A stretch of DNA of 64,000 nt from a bacterium. Its GTDB lineage: Bacteria > Patescibacteriota > Minisyncoccia > Phycocordibacterales > UBA2100. A program made the position numbers and the translations under genes. This document shows positions 28,774 through 39,144 of the stretch, piece after piece (position 1 is the first letter of the stretch; every line of letters begins with the position of its first letter). The DNA is taken from assembly GCA_030648265.1 (NCBI GenBank), contig JAUSHX010000013.1, forward strand, positions 3,030-67,029, read 5' to 3'. Below the pieces are notes generated by a model. The model did not search any database. It saw nothing but the letters and a program-made list of their open reading frames with translations, and was not told the DNA's origin.

Positions 28774-29859
28774 TCACGAGTTTTGCGCCTTGTTGCGCAG
28801 ATAGTGATCCATGATGACCAGCGCGGACATCGCGTCCACTATCGGAATCGCTCGCGGAAGGACGCACGGGTCGTGGCGGCCGGAGGCTTCTAGCTTGGTT
28901 GCCTCGCCTCCTTTTTTCACCGTGTCTTGCTCTTTCTTGATGGTTGAAACCGGCTTGAATACAACGCGGAAGTGAATTGTTTCCCCGCTTGAAATCCCGC
29001 CAATCGTACCGCCCGCGTTGTTCGTCTTTGTGTGTATTGTGCCATCCTTATCGGTGTAGAACGGGTCATTGTGTTCGCTCCCGCGCATGCCGACGCTCCG
29101 GAAGCCGAGCCCAATATCAAATCCCTTGACCGCATTGATTGAAAGCATCGCTTTCCCAAGGTCTGCATTGAGTTTATCAAACACCGGCTCGCCCAAACCA
29201 ACCGGGACATTCCGTATGACGCCTCTCACGACCCCGCCCACAGAATCGCCCTCAGATTTCACCTTTTCAACAAGCGCAATCATTTTTTCTGCCGATTTCT
29301 GGTCTGGGCAGCGGATGATATTTGATTCCACATCTTTCGCCGTGACCGTATTAAAATCCACGTCCGCGTGTATATCGCCGACTTGGTCCACGTAGCTGAT
29401 GATTTCTATGCCCAGCTTCTCTTTAAGGTATTTCTGCGCAATCGCACCCGCGGCGACGCGCGCAAGCGTCTCTCGCGCGGAAGCGCGCCCGGACCCCCTC
29501 CAGTCGCGGGCACCGTACTTCGCCTCGTAGGTGAAATCGGCATGCGACGGGCGGTACAAATCTTTGAGAGCCAGATAATCTTCGGGTTTTGTGTCTTCAT
29601 TGAGCACCATCATGAGAACCGGCGTACCCGTGGTCTTTCCCTCAAAGTAGCCGGAAAGAATATGAATTTTGTCCGCCTCTTTTCGGGGAGTCGTTATTTT
29701 ACTTTGCCCCGGGCGCCGCCTATCAAGCGCCACTTGAATTTCCTCCTCCGTTATCTCAATCCCCGGAGGGCACCCATCAACTACAACACCAACAGCCCCG
29801 CCATGCGATTCGCCGAATGTCGTTATCCGAAAGAGTTGTCCGAATGAATTTCCCGCCAT
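28774..29859 (-). CDS. aroC: Chorismate synthase
   Basis: GESHG, RPSHAD, SARET and GRHDPC motifs. Confidence 0.98.
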   Translation of the reverse strand: MAGNSFGQLFRITTFGESHGGAVGVVVDGCPPGIEITEEEIQVALDRRRPGQSKITTPRKEADKIHILSGYFEGKTTGTPVLMMVLNEDTKPEDYLALKDLYRPSHADFTYEAKYGARDWRGSGRASARETLARVAAGAIAQKYLKEKLGIEIISYVDQVGDIHADVDFNTVTAKDVESNIIRCPDQKSAEKMIALVEKVKSEGDSVGGVVRGVIRNVPVGLGEPVFDKLNADLGKAMLSINAVKGFDIGLGFRSVGMRGSEHNDPFYTDKDGTIHTKTNNAGGTIGGISSGETIHFRVVFKPVSTIKKEQDTVKKGGEATKLEASGRHDPCVLPRAIPIVDAMSALVIMDHYLRNKAQNS

Positions 29860-30037
29860 GTTAGATTTTGTTAACGAATGTAATGAGTTTAGAAAATCTT
29901 ACACCCAGCACCTTTCATGCATATTCTACCACTTAATCTGCGAATACCAGCTGTTGTTTGTGATTTAAATATAGCATCTGCCTAACGTTAAAGGTGCTGG
30001 GTTATAGAAAATATAGTCGCTTTGCTCCTTATTTTCT
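29857..30037 (-). repeat. Family A element #3 (loop about 77 nt)
   Basis: Same scaffold; overlaps the aroA stop and the aroC start. Confidence 0.9.
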
Positions 30038-31846
30038 TATAACAACCCCTCTCTCCTGCAACTTTGCCACTATCTGCTCCACCGCGTGCTCCGGGGGCGC
30101 ACTTTCAGTGTCTATCGTCTCGTCAGCGGCCGCTTCGTAGAGCCCTGCCCTCTCCGCGAGCATTTTTTCCATCTCTTCCTGCGGTGTCGTCCCGGTAGTG
30201 AGTGCCGGCCGGTGAGAATCATCCTCCTCCATTCTGCTCAAAAGTATTTGAAGCGTTGCGCGCAGAAATATACACAGGCCGTTTTTCTTGACCGTCTCAA
30301 TGTTCTCCGAACGCGTGATAATCCCGCCTCCGGTAGAAATGACGGCGCCATTCTGCTCGGACACCTCGCGAATCATGTCGGATTCCAAATCCCTGAAATG
30401 GTCCCATCCAGATTTCTCCACGATATCCTTGATGCTCATGCCCGCTTTTTTTGCAACGAGTGAATCAATATCTTCGCATCTCTTTCCGAGGCGCTTCGCG
30501 AGAAGCCGAGCGACGGTCGTCTTCCCGCTCCCGCGCATGCCAATGAGAACAATGTTCGGGTCGCGCTCTGAAGTTGTGGTTTTAATGCCGATAGAATTCA
30601 ATTTCTCCCAGAACTCAGGAAATGTTTTCGTAACAACGTCAGGATTCCTTATTTCCATTCCTTGCATCTTGGTTCCTAAAACAGCGAATGCCATGGCCAT
30701 CCGGTGGTCCCAGTAGGTGTCTATGACCGCCGGTTTTGGATATCCTCCGTAAATCGTCATCGTGTCGGGGGTAGATTCGGAACGTATGCCCATTTTCGCG
30801 AGCTCTCTCTCAAGCGCCTCAACGCGCTCGGTTTCTTTCACCCGCAAGGAGCCGACTCCGGCAATATGAGTGGTCCCCGATACGCAGGCAGAAAGCGCGG
30901 CAAGCGTTTGAACCTGGTCCGGACAATCTTGCATGTTTATATCAACCGGCTTGATTCCGCGGCCTTGAATCGTTATTTGATTGTCGCCGTACTCAACCTC
31001 GTTCCCCATGTCGGCAAGGATTTTGAGGAATCCCATGTCGGCTTGCACCGATTTCGGGTTCATGTTTTTGAGCGTGATGCGCGATTGTGTAAGTGCGGCG
31101 ATAGCAAAGAAATATGAAGCGCTAGACGCATCACCCTCAACAATGTATTCATCAAGACCGTATTTTTGCCCTGCTGGAACGGCATAGGTGGATGCATCGG
31201 GAACTTCAACCTTCACGCCGAACCGCTTCATTGAATCAATGGTCATGTCAATATACGGCTTTGAGATTTGCTCGCCGATGACCTCAATATTCACTTCGCC
31301 GACCACGGGGGCAATCATGAGAATGGCCGAGAGGAATTGGCTGCTGACGGAGCCGTTCATCGTTATGGTGCCTGGGGTGAGTTTTGAGGAAGAGACGCGC
31401 ACCGGAGGAAATCCTTCTTTTTCAAGATATTCTATTTTTGCTCCGAGCTGGCGGAGAGCATTTACAAGGTCCCCGATTGGACGCTCATTCAAACGCCCCT
31501 CTCCCTGAATCGTCTTCTCTCCGGCAACAATGGAGGCAAGCGCGAGAATAAATCTGATGGTCGTGCCGGAAAGGTGCGCGTTGAGGTCGTACGAATTGTC
31601 AGCGACTGCGCGAATGTCTCCGGCGACTTCCAAATCGCCACCCTTTGAGACGACCTTGATTCCAAGCGTCTGAAGACAATCAATCATCGCCTTTGTGTCA
31701 TCGCTCACAAGCGGATTCTTTATCCGTACCGTTTTACCGACGAGTGCCGCCATAAGGAGCGCTCTGTTGGTGTAACTCTTGGAACCCGGAACAGAAATAG
31801 TAGCGTCTATGGGTTTCTCAAGCGGAAAAATCTTCGTTGTTTTCAT
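30029..31846 (-). CDS. aroA: EPSP synthase fused to a C-terminal shikimate kinase (AroA-AroK)
   Basis: PGSKSYTNR, SSQF, RVKETER, DHRMAM; then IGMRGSGKTT, FRDLES, STGGG and RPAL. Confidence 0.95.
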   Translation of the reverse strand: MKTTKIFPLEKPIDATISVPGSKSYTNRALLMAALVGKTVRIKNPLVSDDTKAMIDCLQTLGIKVVSKGGDLEVAGDIRAVADNSYDLNAHLSGTTIRFILALASIVAGEKTIQGEGRLNERPIGDLVNALRQLGAKIEYLEKEGFPPVRVSSSKLTPGTITMNGSVSSQFLSAILMIAPVVGEVNIEVIGEQISKPYIDMTIDSMKRFGVKVEVPDASTYAVPAGQKYGLDEYIVEGDASSASYFFAIAALTQSRITLKNMNPKSVQADMGFLKILADMGNEVEYGDNQITIQGRGIKPVDINMQDCPDQVQTLAALSACVSGTTHIAGVGSLRVKETERVEALERELAKMGIRSESTPDTMTIYGGYPKPAVIDTYWDHRMAMAFAVLGTKMQGMEIRNPDVVTKTFPEFWEKLNSIGIKTTTSERDPNIVLIGMRGSGKTTVARLLAKRLGKRCEDIDSLVAKKAGMSIKDIVEKSGWDHFRDLESDMIREVSEQNGAVISTGGGIITRSENIETVKKNGLCIFLRATLQILLSRMEEDDSHRPALTTGTTPQEEMEKMLAERAGLYEAAADETIDTESAPPEHAVEQIVAKLQERGVVIRK

Positions 31847-31847
31847 A

Positions 31848-32873
31848 CTATGACTTAGGCGCGAATTTTTGCGTCTCTCTCACCAAACTCTCCAGAGCCT
31901 GCAGAGCCTTACCGCTATCAATAGACTCTTCGGCCAACTCAATTCCTTGTTTGGCATCCCGCGCAAGCCCTGCGCAGTAGAGCGCAAGCCCTGCGTTCAA
32001 TGCGACAATGTCGCGCTTCGGTCCTTTTTCACCGCTTAGAATTGCACGGACGATGCCGGCATTTTCTTCCGCATTTCCCCCACGGAGCGCCGTGACGGGC
32101 GCTTTCTTGAATCCCAGTTTAGCGGGCTCAATAACATACTTTTTCAGGGACCTTCCGGAAATCTCAAACACTTTCGTCTTTGCGCTGATGCTCGCTTCGT
32201 CCATCCCATCATCGCTCGTGATTATTAAAATGTGCGTATATCCGAGTCCGCGCGCAACCTCGGCCAATTCTTTTGCGAGGTCGGCATTTGGAACACCGAC
32301 AAGTTGGCGTTTGGTTCCTGCAGGATTTGAAAAGGGCCCGAGTACATTAAATATAGTCCGGATTTTGAGTTCTCTGCGAACTAGCACCACCTGTTTCATT
32401 GAAGGGTGATAGAGCGGAGCGAACAAAAACACCATGCCGATATTTTTAAATACTTCCTCCGCCTGCGCTGGCGTTAGTTCAATTCGTACTCCGAGAGCTT
32501 CAAGAACATCCGCGCTGCCGCATTTGCTGCTCGCGGCGCGATTTCCATGCTTTGCGATTTTCACTCCGGCACCGGAAGCTACAAAAGCGGCGGCCGTTGA
32601 AATATTGAACGTTCCGGAACCATCGCCTCCCGTGCCGACCACATCAATTGCGTCATCCGCACGCATAGAAACCATTTTCTCGCGCATCGCCTGTATAAGC
32701 CCGCGCACCTCCGCGACGCTCTCTCCCTTCATGCGGAATGCGGTAAGGATCGCAGCAGTCTGAACCGGAGTAATCGCTCCGTCCATCACATCAATAAGAA
32801 ACTGCCGTGCTTCAACAGCCGTCAAATCGTTTTTCTCCACGAGCGTATTCAATATTTCGGTTGCGTTCTTCAT
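31848..32873 (-). CDS. trpD: Anthranilate phosphoribosyltransferase
   Basis: GTGGDG, FNIST and KHGNRAASSKCGSADVLE motifs. Confidence 0.98.
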   Translation of the reverse strand: MKNATEILNTLVEKNDLTAVEARQFLIDVMDGAITPVQTAAILTAFRMKGESVAEVRGLIQAMREKMVSMRADDAIDVVGTGGDGSGTFNISTAAAFVASGAGVKIAKHGNRAASSKCGSADVLEALGVRIELTPAQAEEVFKNIGMVFLFAPLYHPSMKQVVLVRRELKIRTIFNVLGPFSNPAGTKRQLVGVPNADLAKELAEVARGLGYTHILIITSDDGMDEASISAKTKVFEISGRSLKKYVIEPAKLGFKKAPVTALRGGNAEENAGIVRAILSGEKGPKRDIVALNAGLALYCAGLARDAKQGIELAEESIDSGKALQALESLVRETQKFAPKS

Positions 32874-32890
32874 ATGCTGATTCTAGCCTA

Positions 32891-33496
32891 TTATTTCTGG
32901 CTTAAGAAGTTGGCCAACAGTTGCTTACCTCCCTCGGTTGCGAAAGATTCCGGATGAAACTGAATGCCCTCCATCGGGTATACCTTGTGCCGCAATCCCA
33001 TTATTTCTCCAGTGTCGGGAGAAGTCGCCGTTATCGTGAGAACCTCCGGCAGCGTTTCTTTTTCCGCTACCAACGAATGGTACCGCATAACTTCAAGTTT
33101 CTGTGGGAGCCCGGTAAAAACCCCTCTGCCATCATGTTCTATGATGCTCGTTTTTCCATGCATGGGCTTTTGCGCGCGAATCACATTCCCGCCGAAGTAA
33201 TACGCCATGCCCTGCATTCCCAAGCACACGCCGAGAACGGGCGTTGTCTTTCCTACTGTTTTAAGGACGTCCGCGCATACGCCGAAATACTTATCCTCGC
33301 GCGGGTCGCCGGGCCCCGGGGAAATAATTATCCTGTCGTAGCGGCGTTTTTTTATTCCCGCGAGCGTTATTTCGTCATTCCTCACTACATCAAGAGTGAA
33401 CTTCTCGTGGCTCGCCGAAAGAATCTCCCCCACGTACTGGTAGAGGTTGAACGTGAACGAGTCGTAGTTGTCTATGATAAGGACTTTCATATTCAT
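32891..33496 (-). CDS. trpG: Anthranilate synthase component II
   Basis: IDNYDSFT, SPGPG, GVCLG, RYHSL and QFHPES motifs. Confidence 0.96.
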   Translation of the reverse strand: MNMKVLIIDNYDSFTFNLYQYVGEILSASHEKFTLDVVRNDEITLAGIKKRRYDRIIISPGPGDPREDKYFGVCADVLKTVGKTTPVLGVCLGMQGMAYYFGGNVIRAQKPMHGKTSIIEHDGRGVFTGLPQKLEVMRYHSLVAEKETLPEVLTITATSPDTGEIMGLRHKVYPMEGIQFHPESFATEGGKQLLANFLSQK

Positions 33497-34959
33497 GTTT
33501 GCGAAGCACCGAGGACTTTTTTCATTGCCGCTGATTTGTTTTGGATTTCCACGTATTCCTTCTTCGGTACGGAATCGTACACGATGCCTCCGCTTGTTTG
33601 CGTGTATGCGTCAGTGCCTGCGATAAAAACGGAGCGCAATGCAAGCGCGAACGTGCAATCGCCGTTAAACCCGAAATGTCCGACGCCTCCTCCATAGGGC
33701 CCCCGCGCCTCCTTCTCGTTAGCATCTATTATTTTTATCGTCTCTATCTTTGGCGTACCGCACACCGTTCCCATCGGAAACTGGCTCGCAAAACCGGAAA
33801 ACATATCTTCCTCGGGGCGGATGGTTCCCACCACCTCGCTTGAGATGTGCTGGACATGGCTGAATTTCTTCACGGTCATCAAATCGCGTATCTTTACGGT
33901 CCCGAATTTTGCCACTTTTCCGATGTCATTCCTGTGCAAGTCCACAAGCATATTGTGCTCCGCGCGCTCTTTTTCATCGTTCACGAGCTCGCGGGCTAGC
34001 TCTTGGTCCTCCTTAGGGTTCGCGCCTCGGCGAATCGTTCCCGCGAGCGGGCGCGTCGTCATTTCTCCGTCACGCAAAGAGAACAGGAGCTCAGGGCTCG
34101 CGCCGATGATTTTTTTACTTTGGAATTTAAGATAGTACATAAACGGCGATGGATTGATTTCGCGCAACCGTTCGTAAATCCCGACCGTGTCGCCGGTTAT
34201 CTTATACTTCGTCTTGAACCCGACCTCGCACTGAAACGTTTTTCCTTCTCTGATTTTTTCTTTCACATCCTCAACGATTTTCGCATGTTCCGCTTCCGAA
34301 AGACCTTCGTCTATACACTCCGCACTAAACGGCGCGGCCTCAATTTCTGACGCAATAATTTCTTTTAGAACCGCGCTTCTATCCTCGTCGTAGAAGAAAT
34401 ATGTAAGTTCGCCGGTCAGTTTATCTAGAATAAGTCCGTCCGTGTAAACGCCAAAAAGGAACTGGTCAAATTTTTCGTGCACCTTCACGTTTAGCGAGGG
34501 CTCCATGAGGTTAATCGCCTCGTAACTTAAATATCCAACGAGCCCCCCGTCGTAATTTCTTCCAATGGTGCGCTGCGGCATGATATCGCGCAGTGCGTAG
34601 TACGGATTCGGAACGGAATAGCTTGTGCCGTCAACGGTTAATTTGTTTCCTCTCCCTCCGATTAAATGCGCCGGTTCAAATCCGATTATGGAATAGCGGG
34701 AGAATTTCCCTTCCTCTCCCAACGACTCAAAAATAAAGCATGTGTCAAACCGGCGTTCTATTTTCTTGAACAAATCAAAAAACACTACGCCATCCGCAAG
34801 TTTGACGTATGTTGGCTTCTGCGAGATATGTATTTTCGGTAGGCTCGCCCCGTTAGAAATAGGACGCGCGTCCATAAAAGACGAGTCTTGGTTATGTTTT
34901 TTTGTTGTCATATGTTTTGTTGATGTGTCGCGTCCGCGATTTCTAATGGGGTTTTTCAT
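33493..34959 (-). CDS. trpE: Anthranilate synthase component I (N-terminus contains a hairpin-derived insertion)
   Basis: NPSPFMY, ASPE, PLAGT and KERAEHNMLVDL.RND motifs. Confidence 0.95.
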   Translation of the reverse strand: MKNPIRNRGRDTSTKHMTTKKHNQDSSFMDARPISNGASLPKIHISQKPTYVKLADGVVFFDLFKKIERRFDTCFIFESLGEEGKFSRYSIIGFEPAHLIGGRGNKLTVDGTSYSVPNPYYALRDIMPQRTIGRNYDGGLVGYLSYEAINLMEPSLNVKVHEKFDQFLFGVYTDGLILDKLTGELTYFFYDEDRSAVLKEIIASEIEAAPFSAECIDEGLSEAEHAKIVEDVKEKIREGKTFQCEVGFKTKYKITGDTVGIYERLREINPSPFMYYLKFQSKKIIGASPELLFSLRDGEMTTRPLAGTIRRGANPKEDQELARELVNDEKERAEHNMLVDLHRNDIGKVAKFGTVKIRDLMTVKKFSHVQHISSEVVGTIRPEEDMFSGFASQFPMGTVCGTPKIETIKIIDANEKEARGPYGGGVGHFGFNGDCTFALALRSVFIAGTDAYTQTSGGIVYDSVPKKEYVEIQNKSAAMKKVLGASQT

Positions 34960-35098
34960 GTTAGGGATTCTTAGCGAGCGATAGCGAGATTAGAAGCTCT
35001 TACACCCTGTTAAATGCGATTCTTCGAGTCGCCCCGCCCTTGGCGGGATTTAACAGGGTTAAGAATATGTAATTCGCTTCGCTCATAACATTTTCTAA
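34957..35098 (-). repeat. Family A element #4 with the alternative central stem accctgttaaat...atttaacagggt
   Basis: Same flanking hairpins; payload nearly identical to that of #10. Confidence 0.85.
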
Positions 35099-35362
35099 AC
35101 AAAAACCGCCCTTACCGCACAAGTATACCTTGCGCAATAAGGGCGGTTTTCTACCTCGATTTCTCTCGGTACAAGACGCGGTGCCACCTTAATTCATCCC
35201 GAGACTGTTTAACAATCGAGGGACCTCGTTATTCTTTTACGGAGAATTCCGGACTTCCACTACTGCAGAAATCACCTTCTCACCACATACAAAAGTGATG
35301 AAATCCAGGCCCAATCTCTTGGTCCTCCTTTGGAGGACTAGAGACCTGAACAGCGTTACCTA
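35099..35362 (-). promoter_or_regulatory. T-box riboswitch (Trp) upstream of trpEGD-aroA-aroC
   Basis: Minus-strand AAGG-UGGCACC-GCG (35177-35190) pairs with CGC-CCUU in the 5' arm of terminator 35101-35150. UGGC fits the tRNA-Trp G discriminator. Candidate UGG specifier at 35257-35259; TGgTACAAT promoter at 35369-35377. Confidence 0.85.
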
Positions 35363-35377
35363 ATCGCGATTGTACCA

Positions 35378-36289
35378 CTAATCGCTATCTTGTCCATGCG
35401 GAAGATTTCCGATTCGAAATACCAGGAAATACGACGGCAATTTGCATAATCCATAGCGGCTAAATACATATCTCTTGCTGCGAATTACTCTTTCTACGGA
35501 TATTCTCTTGTTTTGAAATTGAGCAATTTGTTCAATGGCTCGGCATACAAGTTCGATGTCTTCAACCACTTCAACGCCCTTCGTAATAAAATTAATTTGT
35601 CCTTTATCTGCATCAGAAAGACCGGATGGATTTGAAGGAAACTTGCCCTCCAAGATAATCTTTCCTCCGGGTTGTGTAATCTTTACTACCTCTTCAAGCG
35701 TCTTTCTCTGGTCAGTATCGAAGTCTATAAAATATGATAAAAAGACCAGGTCAAAGTTATTTTCTGGAAAGTGCAACTGCTCAATCCTGCCCGTATACCC
35801 ATGAAAGCCGTCCTCAATGATTATCTTCACGCTGGCCGGGCTCAAGTCAGAACCAAATAACTGATTGTGCTTAATGCCAAATTCGGTATGTAAAAAACGA
35901 AGGAGTTCATTACTACCTGCGCCGACATCAATAATCTTGAGATTTTTCATTTCGTCCGCTGTAATGCCGGTTATTTTTTCAAATTCTTGCCGAAAAAGAA
36001 GCGTGTTTAAGTACATATAATTTGGACGATCCAATCCCCCATATTCAACATCGTACATTGATGCAATGGCCTCGCTTGAGCTAGAACTCATTTTATAGAT
36101 GTGCTTTATCAGTTTTCGCACTGTATATAACCTTCCTATTCGCTTTAGAGCCTCAATTTTAAAGGACCAGAGTTTCCTATTGAAAAGTCCGGACATGCCG
36201 GACAGTGTGTCGATGTATATATATTCCGCTCCAAATGCCTCGGCAAGCTGAAATAATTTCTTGTCTCGCATAATGCCTCCCCCATTCAA
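35378..36289 (-). CDS. Class I SAM-dependent methyltransferase
   Basis: IIDVGAGS, NNFDLV and ITQPGG motifs; AT-rich. Confidence 0.8.
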   Translation of the reverse strand: MNGGGIMRDKKLFQLAEAFGAEYIYIDTLSGMSGLFNRKLWSFKIEALKRIGRLYTVRKLIKHIYKMSSSSSEAIASMYDVEYGGLDRPNYMYLNTLLFRQEFEKITGITADEMKNLKIIDVGAGSNELLRFLHTEFGIKHNQLFGSDLSPASVKIIIEDGFHGYTGRIEQLHFPENNFDLVFLSYFIDFDTDQRKTLEEVVKITQPGGKIILEGKFPSNPSGLSDADKGQINFITKGVEVVEDIELVCRAIEQIAQFQNKRISVERVIRSKRYVFSRYGLCKLPSYFLVFRIGNLPHGQDSD

Positions 36290-36306
36290 TGAGCGGATCC
36301 CGTTAT

Positions 36307-39126
36307 CTACTGAAACGCCTGCATCGTTGGGTCTGGGGTCCTCTCTGGCTCAGCATATCTTGCCCGGATGTCCGCCTCAATTTCTTCCCTATCCTTGCCA
36401 TATGTGAGATATGAAAGCTCTTTGAGCGCAGGAACCTTGCTGGAATCATGCTCCGCCGGCTTCACTGTTTGGATGGTAAACGGCCGTGCTGGCGTGCCGT
36501 TCACAAGGAGCGACATGACGGCATTGTAATTCGGGAGGTTTTCCAAGTCGGGTGCGGTGAAGCCCGGTTCAAATTGCTTTGCAAGAAACTCGGCATCCAT
36601 CGTGCCGACGCGGAACGCGGCTTTCGTGCCGACGTTGCCGATGACGGCGTCGCGGATTTTCTCATCCAACTGTGCGATGAACTGGTGCGCAATAACGAGC
36701 GAGAGTTTGTATTTCCGCGCCTCGGAAAGTATCGTGCCGATGGACGGCGTCGCAAAGTTTTGGAACTCGTCGATATAGAGATAGAAGACAGGCAAGTCGC
36801 CTCGCGAATCAATGCGGGAGAATGCAGCTTGGAGGAATTTGGAAACCAACACAAGACCAAGAAGCGAGGTGTTGCGTTCGCCCAACCGTCCCTTGGAAAG
36901 GTTCGCGAGAAAAATCTTCTTGTCGTCCATAATTTTGCGGAAGTCAAAAGCCGATTTCTCCTGCGCGACGATGGGGCGCATGATGTCGTTCGCGAGAAAG
37001 ACATCAAACTTGCTTGAAATGTACGGTGTTACATTTTCCAAAGAGGCGTCTCCGCCGGCGGCCTCCGCGATTTTTCGCCAGAACTGGATGATGACCGGAT
37101 TTTTGCATTTTGAAATCTTAAGGTCGCGGAATGACGCGTCTGCAAATACCCGCGGAACTTCAAGGAACGTGGAGCCGGAATCTGGATCCTCCACGACCAG
37201 TTGCACGGCGTTGCGGTAGTACTGCTCAAACATCGGGCCGAACGCCTCCGGCACATCGGCATAGAGCTTGCGGAAAATCCCGTATACTTCGTCCACCACA
37301 AATGTTTTCATTTCCGGCTTTGAACGGTCGTATTCCAGCATGTTGAGGCCCATCGGACGCGCCGTGTACGCCGGGTCAAAATATATAACGTCGTTCATCC
37401 GCTCCGGAGGAATTGCAGCCAAAATGTCCTCAATGTCGTTTCCATGCGGGTCTATGAATGCGACGCCCTCGCCGTTTTGTATATCCTGAATAATCATGTT
37501 TTTGATAAGAGTCGTCTTGCCTGTGCCTGTCTGCCCGATGACGTAGCAGTGCCGCATTCTGTCGGAAGCGCCAAAATGCACAGGCGTCTCCGTCGCGCCG
37601 TAACGATTGATTCCGAGCGTAATGCCTTCGGCCGCCATCGCGACAGGCGCAGGCATTTGTTTTGCGAACGCGCGCTTCAGTTCGCGCGATGTCGTTACGC
37701 GCTCGGCGGTGAAGTGGAACATAGTTGCTACCTCGGACAAAGCGAGTGGCATTATAATAGAGCGGTCAAACGTACGATATATGAAATCGCGCAGAAAATT
37801 TTCTATGCCCCAATTCCCGACCTCTTTAAACATGAGGTGGTTTCCCCTCGGGTCGTCATATTGATTAAAGGGCGCAATCAGGTTTTGCAATATCTCCTGC
37901 GCTCGTTTCTTGTCGGGCGCCGAAGCCACCAAGCGGATAAGGACGGGCGCGATGCGGCTTTTTATCTTGCGTCCGATAATCTCCGTCGCGACCTGGTCCG
38001 AAACGCGCCGGTAATCTTTCTCTTTGTCCTCCTTGTAAACCTGCGGCATAAAAATCGCCCTGCCAAATTCATGAACGATGTCTCCCAAAACAGTCTCGGG
38101 AACTTTGAGCGCGCGCCACAGAGGCCATCCTCGCTCTATTACGCGAATCATCTTCTTGTAATGCCTGTTGTATCTGTCGCCCTCGTTGCCGACTATGAAT
38201 TGGATAGCCGCACCTTCTCCGTGCTTCGCGAGCTTGGCAAATGCTGAAAGCAGAACGTTCAATGGGTCGTGCTCAAACATCTCGTATGTTTTAAGCGGTA
38301 AGGCAGGGTGGTCGGAAAGCCGAGCAATAGCCCCCGCACTTTCTCCCTGGTAATTGAAGATGTTGTAATCGCCTCGGCTCTCTGAAATACGCGCGTTCGG
38401 AAACACAGATGATATTAAGCGTTCCGCAAGAACCTTTTTCGCATTTGGAACTCCGAGATATAAAGAAACTTCCTCCGAACCATTGGGAACGGCAATTTCA
38501 AGCGAGAAACCTTCGTTGGGAGAGATGAGGGACGTGAGCCCGGCGTAGAGCTGCTCGGAGGACGAAAGTATTTGCTCCAGTTTCATCTGTGCCTGCTGTT
38601 CTTTATCTTTTCCGCTATGCGCCTGCGGCTGAATTTCAAAAAGAACCATATGGAGTGCGCGCTTCACTTTTTCCGCCGGTGCAAACCCTTTTTCAGGAAG
38701 ACCCTCGGCAATGTAACGAACGAGCATCCGGTGCAAATCGTCTTCCAAATGCGGATTTTTCATGCGCGCCGCGACAGAGAGAGCGTTGCGTATCCCGTGT
38801 TCCGCTACGATTTTCAAAAGGCCGTCCATCTGCGCATCGTGCTCTTCCGGTTCTAGGTTGAGCGCAAGCCGTATAGTGTCGTGTTCTGGTAAAACAACCG
38901 CCTCATGCAGAACAGCATGCGCGGGCTGTGCGCCATACGCGGCAATTTCGCGCTTGGCTATGCGGTCTTTCTCAACGCGGTTTTCTGCGGTTTCCAACTC
39001 TCCTGTCTTTTCTTTCACCTTCTCGCGCAAATAGGCGAGTTCCTCTTGTGGGGATTTGAATTTTTCCGCCGTCTTCGTTATACGCTCCGAAATAAAGCGC
39101 GGTTCCGCTGCAACTAATGCCACCAT
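36307..39126 (-). CDS. VirD4/TrwB/HerA-like coupling ATPase (large CPR type)
   Basis: RHCYVIGQTGTGKTT, FIDPHG, LYIDEFQNF, EARKY and AHQFIAQL motifs. Confidence 0.88.
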   Translation of the reverse strand: MVALVAAEPRFISERITKTAEKFKSPQEELAYLREKVKEKTGELETAENRVEKDRIAKREIAAYGAQPAHAVLHEAVVLPEHDTIRLALNLEPEEHDAQMDGLLKIVAEHGIRNALSVAARMKNPHLEDDLHRMLVRYIAEGLPEKGFAPAEKVKRALHMVLFEIQPQAHSGKDKEQQAQMKLEQILSSSEQLYAGLTSLISPNEGFSLEIAVPNGSEEVSLYLGVPNAKKVLAERLISSVFPNARISESRGDYNIFNYQGESAGAIARLSDHPALPLKTYEMFEHDPLNVLLSAFAKLAKHGEGAAIQFIVGNEGDRYNRHYKKMIRVIERGWPLWRALKVPETVLGDIVHEFGRAIFMPQVYKEDKEKDYRRVSDQVATEIIGRKIKSRIAPVLIRLVASAPDKKRAQEILQNLIAPFNQYDDPRGNHLMFKEVGNWGIENFLRDFIYRTFDRSIIMPLALSEVATMFHFTAERVTTSRELKRAFAKQMPAPVAMAAEGITLGINRYGATETPVHFGASDRMRHCYVIGQTGTGKTTLIKNMIIQDIQNGEGVAFIDPHGNDIEDILAAIPPERMNDVIYFDPAYTARPMGLNMLEYDRSKPEMKTFVVDEVYGIFRKLYADVPEAFGPMFEQYYRNAVQLVVEDPDSGSTFLEVPRVFADASFRDLKISKCKNPVIIQFWRKIAEAAGGDASLENVTPYISSKFDVFLANDIMRPIVAQEKSAFDFRKIMDDKKIFLANLSKGRLGERNTSLLGLVLVSKFLQAAFSRIDSRGDLPVFYLYIDEFQNFATPSIGTILSEARKYKLSLVIAHQFIAQLDEKIRDAVIGNVGTKAAFRVGTMDAEFLAKQFEPGFTAPDLENLPNYNAVMSLLVNGTPARPFTIQTVKPAEHDSSKVPALKELSYLTYGKDREEIEADIRARYAEPERTPDPTMQAFQ

Positions 39127-39144
39127 CGCTAAATTATAGCATCA

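Noticed and set aside
28104-28920. Diversity-generating retroelement TR/VR pair (aroC, sufU or TA-flank duplicates)
   Set aside because: Mismatches are not adenine-specific and are mostly synonymous; there is no reverse transcriptase in the window.
36307-39126. Conjugative element or ICE
   Set aside because: The VirD4-like ATPase has no neighbouring relaxase, virB genes or integrase; such ATPases are common chromosomal genes in CPR.
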